Positions 8,121 through 16,032 of a stretch of 64,000 bases of DNA are shown piece by piece (within the stretch, counting starts at the first letter, position 1; each line of letters starts with the position of its first letter). The stretch covers positions 637 through 64,636 of the forward strand of contig JAQVJV010000003.1 of the NCBI GenBank assembly GCA_028695025.1, read 5' to 3'. Origin of the DNA: Candidatus Moraniibacteriota bacterium. GTDB taxonomy: Bacteria > Patescibacteriota > Minisyncoccia > Moranbacterales > UBA11712. The translations under genes were made by a program, and so were the position numbers. Below the pieces are notes generated by a model. The model did no database searches. It saw only the letters and a list, made by a program, of their open reading frames with translations, and was not told where the DNA came from.

Positions 8121-11100
8121 CTATTCTCCAAATCTCACCGCGCTTCCTTCGTTCATAACCTGCCGCACCTGCTCCGCTGTCAATGCATAATTATATATCC
8201 GGACATCGTCGATTTGGCCTTGGAAATTATAGGAGCCATTTGAGCGAGCACCGACGGTAAATTTGTAATTATTGTCTATGCTTCCAATGGATGCGTTTGT
8301 TTGTTGATTCTTATATACACCATTCAAATATACTTTAGCCTGCTTCGTTGTTCCTTCAAAAGTTGCAAAATAATGATTCCAATTTGATTTAATAGCGGAT
8401 AAATCACCAACATCGGACTCAACATTGTTTATCCCATCTCCAGCATAAAAATAAAGATGCTGATTGCCGGTTCCCATAAACATGAATCTGTATCCCGCAG
8501 TTGCATAAGCCTCTTGTCCCTTGGATACAGGAAACATCGTGGTCGCATTTGCCCCAAACTTTACCCAAAAGCCAACAGAGAAGCTACCAGTGCCGAAATT
8601 GAAATGTGAAGTATTGGTATCTTCTACCCGATCATCACTCCCATCAAAATCCAAAGCCTTCGCAAATTTCCCATCCACCCAATCCGTCGCCGGATCCATC
8701 GAAGTGAGCGTCCCGGTGTTGCCATTTCCCGAAGAATCATACGCCTTGTCGCCTTGCCCTTCGTCCATTTTCCACCACCCGACGGGCTTCCCGCGGTTAT
8801 AGTCCCAGGCGATTTGCGCCGCGCTGCGGGCGTAGTTGAAAACACTGACTTGATCTATCGAGCCATTAAATTTATACAACTGATCATTTCTAGCACCTAC
8901 ATACGCGTTGGTGGCAGGAGCATTGCTAATAGCACCGACCGAAGCTGTTCCGCTTGGTTTCCCATTAATATAGAACGATAAGTTTGTATCACTATCGCCA
9001 TTCTTTATCACAGTTATATACGTCCATTGATTTAGCGGGATGGTGTCTGTTGAATAACTATCGGTTCCCCCGTTTTTTACAAAATTAAGTTTATTATCAC
9101 TGCTAATCGCGACTCTCCAATAATCACCTGTTGATCCATTTGAATATACACTATGCCAAACTCCACCAACCGTTCTCTTTACCCAAGCGCTAAATGAAAA
9201 GTTAGTCGTAAGACTGCCTATAGGAGGAACCCAAACATAATCATCACTCCCGTTGAAACTCCCCGCATTGTTTGCGTATCCGTCCACCGTCCAATGCGAC
9301 CCCGTTCCGCTCCATGTTCCGTCGTTTCCATTCCCGCTTGTGTCTTTCACAGTGCCTCCGGCTCCTTCATCGAACTTCCATTCCCCCACCGGCGGGTTGC
9401 AGGGAGAAGTGTCGCCAGGAACGCAGTATTCGGCGGCGGCGCCGGTGACGGCCGTACCGTTGTTGTTGGCGGTTTGTCCTCCAAGCACAAGAGATTTTCC
9501 TTGGTTCATATCAATGGCGATTTGATCAGGAGTGAGAGCGGAATTATATATTTTCACTTCGTCCATCATCCCGCTTAGCGCAACTGCTGAATTAGCTGGA
9601 TTAGAGTTGCCAAATCTTATCGCTGTACTGGTGTTTTGAATACCATTCCATGTTTTGGTATTCGATTCGCTGAGAATGCCATCGATATAAACTTCTATTT
9701 TTTTATTAGTCGGGTTAATCACAACTCCAACATAATGCCAGTTTGTGTCATTTATGCTGTTAGTCGGTGTAGCAACCCAATGTTGAGTTGATCCATCGAA
9801 AGTCAAAACGGAAATACAATTTGTGTTGCCCGACCCCTTATCAGCACTTCCAGCCGTATCATCAAACCATATCATCAGAGGCTGATTTGTACTATGCGTT
9901 CCTTTGTATATAAAACCATGGTCTTCCGTGGTGTTGCTTACTTTTGCCCAAAAAGACAGGGTGACGTCCGACAATTCGACAGTGCTCATGTCCGTTGTAT
10001 CCACATAATCATTGCTCCCATCGAAACTCAAAGCCTTTCCAAATTTTCCGGAGTTCGTCCAAGTCGGCGCGGAGGATCCAATACCGAGATTTCCATTATT
10101 GCCGTTTATGCTTGAATCATATGCTGTTCCACCGTTACCCTCATCAAACTTCCAATGAGCGATAGACGAACCCACCGGACTGCCCCCGATCGGATGCCCG
10201 GCGTTCATGTCTTCGATGATTTGCTTCGAAGTCCTAGCGTAGTTATAGACACGGACGTCATCGAGAGAACTATTTGCATACCAGCTACTGCTCCAACCAG
10301 TAGCATGACCCATTTGGACATCATTGGAATTCTTGGCAATACCTTTTGCGGAAACAGACTGTTCTTTGTCCAGGATACCGTTTATATATAACCTGCTCTT
10401 ACCGGCCGCTTGGTCAAATACTCCAGCCAGATGAAACCACTCGCCCTCATCGCCCGAACTCAACTCATCTGTGTTAATCGTATACGCACTCCAACTCTGG
10501 CCTGGGCTGTAGACATTAAAATAAAATTTGTTCACATCCTGCCGCTTGCCTAAAAAATACGAATCGTATTTGAAAATATAAGTCTCGTAGTCTGAATATT
10601 CATCGAAATTAACCCAAGCTTCCAAAGTCAAAGATCCTCCGGCATCAAGACTGTCTGAATCAGCAACATTGACGTAATCATCCACATTATCAAACTTGCA
10701 TGTTCCTCCGTATTTCCCCTGCTGGGTGCAGTCCATTCCGCTCGCATTCGCGCCCCAGTTGGTCGTGCCGTTGTTTCCATTCCCCGATGAATCCACAATT
10801 GTTTGCAAATTTCCGGAAACGTTGTCATCCATCTTCCACCACCCCACCGGACCCGGGCCCCATTCAGCGAGTTGCAAAACTTCATCGGGTGAAAGACCTC
10901 GATTGTAGATACGAACATCATCCATCTCACCTTGAAAATAACCGGCTTCCGTTCTTCCGATCATCAAGTCGTAAACGTTATTTGCTAATGTTTGGCTAAT
11001 TTCTTTACTGGAATAATTTACAAATCCATCACTTCTCCCATTTATATATACTGCTATTTTGTTGTTCCTGATCGTGACAGCTACATGCGTCCACTGATTT

Positions 11101-13577
11101 TGAGATACTTGCGAATTACTGTAGTAAAAAGGATAAGATGACCCAGTACCAAAACTGACGACTATCTTTTTGCTATACCAGGAAGTAGTATGGTACGAAT
11201 ACCCTATTGCCCACTGATCATAACTACAACCGCCGGTACTATGCTTGCCAATAAGTTGCCCTAAATGGCATGATGGACTCAATCCATCAGCACTAGGATT
11301 GATCCACATGGCGAAAGTCGCTTCCCCATTGAAATCGAATGTACTGTTATGAGCCTTTCTTAAATAATCATTATCCCCCCCAAAACCCAACCCATTTCCA
11401 AATCTCCCTCCGGTCTGGTGCCTCACTTCATAGGCGCAGGAATTGGGTGTGTCTGCAAGGGTCGCCACGGTGAAGGTTCTGGTGGAGCCAGTGTAGTCCG
11501 TGATGGTGCGTTCGGTGCCACTCGTGATCGATCCGCAGGCGGCGGTGAAATAAAGAATCATGTTGTTATAGGCATCATCAGAGGAGGAAAGAGATGATCC
11601 GTCCGTGTCGACCATAGTTGTTGTTGTGTTTCCGCTTGCGTCCGACGTTCCTGACTCTTGAGCGTTCGTGAGTGTGCCGTCATTTCCGTTCTTGGAAACG
11701 TCCTCAACGGTGGTTCCGCTCAATTCGTCCATTTTCCAGTGGCCGACAAGCCCGTCCGTCATCCATTTAGGGGATTCGCCTCCGACCGAAACAGATGAGC
11801 CGGTGTTCGTCGCCATGCCGGCTAGTCCGGCGTTATAGTCTTGCTTTATCTGGTCGGCCGTGCGGGCGTAAGAATAGAACTTCATTTCGTCGATGGATGC
11901 TTGCCCGTAGTTTGTTGAAACTTGGCCGATTTTGATGGCTGATCCCGTCAAACCTCCGGTTGTGGTAACAGTAATATAGTGCCATTTGTTGGCGGTGATA
12001 GCCGTTCCTGTTTTTCCATCAACATATACGGTTTCTGTTCCAAAACTATTGGCTGTGATGGCTCCTGAAACGGATTGGATATAGTCGGTGCCGTTGAGGT
12101 CAATAAGTTGTTCCGTGGTGCTGGTTGAATTCACTCTTGCCCAAAAAGATACCGTTTGGATGTTGTTTGCCGTGGAAGCGACCGTCACAACATCATTTGT
12201 GCCGTCAAAGCTCAGACATTTCCCACTCACACATTCCGACTCCGGTTTCCAGGTGGCGCCGGAAATGGCTCCGTCGTTGTTGTTCACTGTTGCGTCCTCG
12301 GCCGTCGTCCCCTGCCCTTCGTCGAAGCGCCAGTAGGCAATCGGTCCGGGACCGGTTTCTTCAGATCCGGCAGAAGTGGTGGGATCAGTGGAGGCGTATT
12401 TGCGGACAAGTACCCAGTCGGTTACCAAATCAGTTATATCTGCTGTCCCCGAGCCAGAACCCAAGAAATAACCCAACCATAAATACGGTGCGTCAGTCCA
12501 GGTCCCTGCATAAGGATTGGTTTGAGACCGATTGTGATAAAAACGCACATAGCTGGCATCGACTGAAAAACCATCGACATAATAGTTATCAAAAGTTGCA
12601 TTATACTGATTAGTTCCGCTAACAATATTGTAGCTACTGACAGAACCATCCGCACCAAAAGCAGCGACTAAACTATTAGACATAGAAGTGTCGAAGTAAA
12701 CAAGTTTTCTAGCTGGGCTATTGCTACCATAGGTTCGTTGCGTATTGGCAATATTAAGACCAGAGTAGCTCACACCAGTTCCTGTCCATTTGCGCCTGGT
12801 TTCATAAACATAATTCTGCGCTCCATCGGTGGCGGTGTTTTTGGTATAGACCGCTCCAGTAGTGGTGGTGAGGGCTCCTCCGGAAATGGAATAGCTTCCG
12901 GTGGCGGTCCATTTGCTGACATCCAAAGCAGAATTGTTGAAATCATCGAAGAATGGGAATACATCGCTTCCGTTTTGGCTCGCAGTGGCACTCGAGTTTC
13001 CGTAATACATATATATAGAGGTGGCGTTGGTTCCATTGAAGACTTTGGGGACTTTGATCCAGATTTTGGTGGCGGCGTTTCCGCAACCGGGGTTGTTTTC
13101 TTCGATCCAGTAGTCGAGTTGTTGGCCGTTGTTCGAGGTGAATCTCATGTCCGAGCAGGTTCCAGTCATTTTTCCGGCGGTGATGAGAGAGGCCGTATCA
13201 ACAGTCATGGAAACTTGGAAATCGGTGAGATCGGCTCCGGTGGAGTTGGTGAGGGATATTTTTTGACGATAAGCCCAATTATCATCCCACCAGGCGGCTT
13301 TGGCAACATTGCGGAAAAAGAGGAATTGGATGGGGGCGACGATGAAAAGGACGATCAGAATCGAAGAAACAATTCTTCTCGGCAGAGTCGCCCAACACCA
13401 TTTGGCGGCTTTCTTCCAAACATTCAATGTTAGGACACTCCGAACATTGAATGTTAGGAGAGATTCCCGAACCGCGCGAAAAAAGCGTTTTGGATGACGG
13501 AAAGCATACCAAAAAGCGACGAAGAATATTTTCAGCTTGAATGTCAGTTTTTGTTTTAGGTGTTTTAGCTTTTGCAT
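8121..13577 (-). CDS. Giant surface protein: N-terminal DUF2341 domain followed by at least five LamG-like (Laminin_G_3) lectin-fold domains
   Basis: N-terminal TM segment, then the DUF2341 hallmark AAWWDDNWAYRQKISLTN…YWIEENNPG…IWIKVP. Recurrent LamG_3 units each carry W(K/R)(F/M)DEG.G…D.SGNGN.G…(V/I)Y.YAR(T/S)..QI (for example PVGWWKMDEGQGDKAYDSSGNGNTGT…VFNYARSAAQIAWDYN). Confidence 0.8.
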   Translation of the reverse strand: MQKLKHLKQKLTFKLKIFFVAFWYAFRHPKRFFRAVRESLLTFNVRSVLTLNVWKKAAKWCWATLPRRIVSSILIVLFIVAPIQFLFFRNVAKAAWWDDNWAYRQKISLTNSTGADLTDFQVSMTVDTASLITAGKMTGTCSDMRFTSNNGQQLDYWIEENNPGCGNAATKIWIKVPKVFNGTNATSIYMYYGNSSATASQNGSDVFPFFDDFNNSALDVSKWTATGSYSISGGALTTTTGAVYTKNTATDGAQNYVYETRRKWTGTGVSYSGLNIANTQRTYGSNSPARKLVYFDTSMSNSLVAAFGADGSVSSYNIVSGTNQYNATFDNYYVDGFSVDASYVRFYHNRSQTNPYAGTWTDAPYLWLGYFLGSGSGTADITDLVTDWVLVRKYASTDPTTSAGSEETGPGPIAYWRFDEGQGTTAEDATVNNNDGAISGATWKPESECVSGKCLSFDGTNDVVTVASTANNIQTVSFWARVNSTSTTEQLIDLNGTDYIQSVSGAITANSFGTETVYVDGKTGTAITANKWHYITVTTTGGLTGSAIKIGQVSTNYGQASIDEMKFYSYARTADQIKQDYNAGLAGMATNTGSSVSVGGESPKWMTDGLVGHWKMDELSGTTVEDVSKNGNDGTLTNAQESGTSDASGNTTTTMVDTDGSSLSSSDDAYNNMILYFTAACGSITSGTERTITDYTGSTRTFTVATLADTPNSCAYEVRHQTGGRFGNGLGFGGDNDYLRKAHNSTFDFNGEATFAMWINPSADGLSPSCHLGQLIGKHSTGGCSYDQWAIGYSYHTTSWYSKKIVVSFGTGSSYPFYYSNSQVSQNQWTHVAVTIRNNKIAVYINGRSDGFVNYSSKEISQTLANNVYDLMIGRTEAGYFQGEMDDVRIYNRGLSPDEVLQLAEWGPGPVGWWKMDDNVSGNLQTIVDSSGNGNNGTTNWGANASGMDCTQQGKYGGTCKFDNVDDYVNVADSDSLDAGGSLTLEAWVNFDEYSDYETYIFKYDSYFLGKRQDVNKFYFNVYSPGQSWSAYTINTDELSSGDEGEWFHLAGVFDQAAGKSRLYINGILDKEQSVSAKGIAKNSNDVQMGHATGWSSSWYANSSLDDVRVYNYARTSKQIIEDMNAGHPIGGSPVGSSIAHWKFDEGNGGTAYDSSINGNNGNLGIGSSAPTWTNSGKFGKALSFDGSNDYVDTTDMSTVELSDVTLSFWAKVSNTTEDHGFIYKGTHSTNQPLMIWFDDTAGSADKGSGNTNCISVLTFDGSTQHWVATPTNSINDTNWHYVGVVINPTNKKIEVYIDGILSESNTKTWNGIQNTSTAIRFGNSNPANSAVALSGMMDEVKIYNSALTPDQIAIDMNQGKSLVLGGQTANNNGTAVTGAAAEYCVPGDTSPCNPPVGEWKFDEGAGGTVKDTSGNGNDGTWSGTGSHWTVDGYANNAGSFNGSDDYVWVPPIGSLTTNFSFSAWVKRTVGGVWHSVYSNGSTGDYWRVAISSDNKLNFVKNGGTDSYSTDTIPLNQWTYITVIKNGDSDTNLSFYINGKPSGTASVGAISNAPATNAYVGARNDQLYKFNGSIDQVSVFNYARSAAQIAWDYNRGKPVGWWKMDEGQGDKAYDSSGNGNTGTLTSMDPATDWVDGKFAKALDFDGSDDRVEDTNTSHFNFGTGSFSVGFWVKFGANATTMFPVSKGQEAYATAGYRFMFMGTGNQHLYFYAGDGINNVESDVGDLSAIKSNWNHYFATFEGTTKQAKVYLNGVYKNQQTNASIGSIDNNYKFTVGARSNGSYNFQGQIDDVRIYNYALTAEQVRQVMNEGSAVRFGE

Positions 13578-13617
13578 ACCAAAAAAATTGGGCTTTTGCC
13601 TTTCTTGGATTATATCA

Positions 13618-13650
13618 CGAAAAAAAGAGTCCGGGAAGGCTCTTTTTTCT
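13618..13650 (-). terminator. Intrinsic terminator (A-tract / stem / T-tract) downstream of the 577-aa gene
   Basis: GAAAAAAAGAGtccgggaaggCTCTTTTTTCT is seen in the sequence; on the minus strand the hairpin is followed by TTTTTTT. A TATAAT-like -10 for the 1818-aa gene lies just beyond it at about 13607..13616. Confidence 0.45.
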
Positions 13651-13720
13651 AGGTTTAAAGGCTAAATTCCAAAGACTAAAGCGATGAAGCATAAAGTCAA
13701 CAACTTTGGCCTTTTCGTTG

Positions 13721-15310
13721 CTATTTCCCCACATTGAAACTGATAAGCACAAACCCGGCCGTGGCGTTTCCGCTTTCATCTTGGCAGCGGACATAGTACT
13801 TATAGCTCTTTCCACTTTCAACATCCACTTTAGTTGAATGGTCTTTTCCTCCCGTCGTTGAAAAAGTATTGGTCAAACGATTGTAGAGCAGAGAGCTTGT
13901 TCCGTATTTGCAAGTTGCGTCCTCGTTGGTGTGGATCTGCAAAGTGGCTTCCGTCGTGCCGGCCGGAAGAGACCCAGAAGGCGAAGGATCGCTCATGGTC
14001 GGCGGTGTTGTGTCTCCTGAACCCCCCGCCACCGAAAAGCTCACTACATAGTCACTCGTGTTTGCGTTCCCGCTTCCGTCCTGGCATCTTACGTAATAGT
14101 TATAGCTCTGGCCATTCTCCAAACCGTCAATTTTGGTGCTGCTAACTTTGTCGCCTGTTTTGGAGAAAGTATTCTTTATCGAGGAATAACTAGTTTCGGA
14201 CGAGGAGGAATATTTGCAAGTGGCATTGACACTGGTCGCAATTTTCAAGGTGATGGATTTTGTTCCGGCCGCCAACTCTCCGCTAGGCGAGGATTTGGTT
14301 ATGGCAGGGCCGTCGCCTGTTTTGGATCCACCCCCTGAATCCACGGAAAAGCTCACTGTGTAATCGCTGTCATTGACATTGCCGGCCGTGTCTTTGCACC
14401 TGACGTAATATTTGTAGGCCTGGCCGTCTTCCAAGCTGGTCAAACTGCTCGTATGATTTTTCCCGCCGGTATTTGTGAAGTCATTCGCCATTGAGCTGTA
14501 AGCATTGTCTTTTGTTTCGCCATATTTGCAAGTCGCGTTTTCGTTGGTGAGCACCCGCAAAGTGGTTGAGGCTGTTCCGGAAGATAAAGTTCCGCTTGGC
14601 GATCCTCCTGAAACTATCGGCGGCGTGCTATCCGTCACGGAAGGGCTGGTGACGACGTTTTTCACTTGCGTGAGGATGTTGGTCCCGTTCCCATCATCTT
14701 CAATAGCCGCCGAGTCGTCTACGGCTGCCGTCGAATCAAATTTGAGGGTGAGCGCGCTTCCGGAAAAATCAGTGAGGGCTTTCACGGTGATATCGACAAC
14801 CTTAGCCGTTATGGAATTCACACCGGGGGTCGGCTTCCCAAGCGCCACAAAAATTTTTCCGTTTTCGCTATCATCCTCATTTTTTACCTCATAGGGAAAA
14901 TCCGAGGTTGAATCGTCGATCGAAACAATTTGCACCTTGGCACTGTCATAAGTGGCAATCGCCTGCACCGCCACCGCCGCTTTCGTTCCCGTGTCGAGCA
15001 AGATGTGGTCGGTATATTCATCGCCGGCTTTCCGCGCATCCGTATCCGTCACCACCGACATGATCACCGGCGGATTATCCGCCTTGATGCCGACATACCA
15101 GCTGTTCATGGCAGTGAATATGATGGCTGCAAAAAACCCTCCCACAAAAAGGACGATGAGGTAGGCTTTCCAGGCGGCAACTTCCTTGCGGGAAATCAGG
15201 GCGAACTGGTCTCCCAAACCTTGTGTGGCACTGGCCACAGTTTGATCGATTTTTCTTTGTTTGTTATTTTCCATTTTTTTTGGCTTAAAGAGACTTTTTA
15301 TGTCCGGCAT
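13721..15310 (-). CDS. Membrane-anchored surface protein with three tandem ~95-aa Ig/FN3-like repeats
   Basis: One TM helix (AYLIVLFVGGFFAAIIFTAM). The C-terminal half is three repeats following the pattern P.SG.L..GT…TL…T…ATCKY……Y……F..TG…H……L..G..Y.YYVRC.D..GN.N.SDY..SF.V. The ORF track starts at 15454, but that would overlap the CBS gene; I prefer the Met at 15310 (MPDIKSLF…) or 15274 (MENNKQ…), so the start is uncertain. Confidence 0.65.
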   Translation of the reverse strand: MPDIKSLFKPKKMENNKQRKIDQTVASATQGLGDQFALISRKEVAAWKAYLIVLFVGGFFAAIIFTAMNSWYVGIKADNPPVIMSVVTDTDARKAGDEYTDHILLDTGTKAAVAVQAIATYDSAKVQIVSIDDSTSDFPYEVKNEDDSENGKIFVALGKPTPGVNSITAKVVDITVKALTDFSGSALTLKFDSTAAVDDSAAIEDDGNGTNILTQVKNVVTSPSVTDSTPPIVSGGSPSGTLSSGTASTTLRVLTNENATCKYGETKDNAYSSMANDFTNTGGKNHTSSLTSLEDGQAYKYYVRCKDTAGNVNDSDYTVSFSVDSGGGSKTGDGPAITKSSPSGELAAGTKSITLKIATSVNATCKYSSSSETSYSSIKNTFSKTGDKVSSTKIDGLENGQSYNYYVRCQDGSGNANTSDYVVSFSVAGGSGDTTPPTMSDPSPSGSLPAGTTEATLQIHTNEDATCKYGTSSLLYNRLTNTFSTTGGKDHSTKVDVESGKSYKYYVRCQDESGNATAGFVLISFNVGK

Positions 15311-15425
15311 TTTTTTATTTTTAAGGTTATAAAAGAAATTATAAAAAAAACCTTGTTGCAGATATCTTCTCCCGGCAGGAATGATTTTTTTTCTCTTCGG
15401 ATCCATATTCTGTTTTAAATTATTT

Positions 15426-15917
15426 TTATTTTTTCTCTCCTGCGATGAAATCAACTTCTTCTTCCCGAAATTTTCCGACCAGACCCAACACGTCCGCCTT
15501 GCTGACTATCCCAAGCAACTTTTTGTTTTCATCCACGACGGGAATAGGGTTGACTTTTTTTTCCTGGATAAGCCTGATAAGGTTGGTCACCTTTTCATCC
15601 GGCCGGATCGTGACCGCGTCAATCGACATTATGGAGGAAGCGTCAGCCGATAAGATCTCTTTCAAATTACCAGCTTTCTCCGGGAAATACTTGGAAATTT
15701 TAAGATCTTCCAAAATTTTTATGAGCGACGGGATATGCAATTTCTCAAAATCCCGGGTAAGAAAGTCGTTTTCAGTTATCATCCCGACCAATGCGCCGTC
15801 CTCAACCACGGGAATTCCGCGAAAATTATGATCAATCATCATCTTCGCCACTTCACTGATTTTCGTTTTTGGATCGACCGAAACCACCTCCTTGGTCATT
15901 ATGTCTTCTACTTTCAT
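15426..15917 (-). CDS. CBS-domain pair protein
   Basis: Two CBS modules (…EVVSVDPKTKISEVAKMMIDHNFRGIPVVEDGALVGMITENDFL… and …IMSIDAVTIRPDEKVTNLIRLIQEKKVNPIPVVDENKKLLGIVSKADVL…). Confidence 0.8.
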   Translation of the reverse strand: MKVEDIMTKEVVSVDPKTKISEVAKMMIDHNFRGIPVVEDGALVGMITENDFLTRDFEKLHIPSLIKILEDLKISKYFPEKAGNLKEILSADASSIMSIDAVTIRPDEKVTNLIRLIQEKKVNPIPVVDENKKLLGIVSKADVLGLVGKFREEEVDFIAGEKK

Positions 15918-16032
15918 AAAAAATCTCCTATTGATTTATTATAGCACAAACGCAATCATTCCGTCATTCAGAGTCTGTTAAAAATCTCTTTTTTGGAATT
16001 TGCGGCAGAATACGAAGATTCTGAACAGGCTC

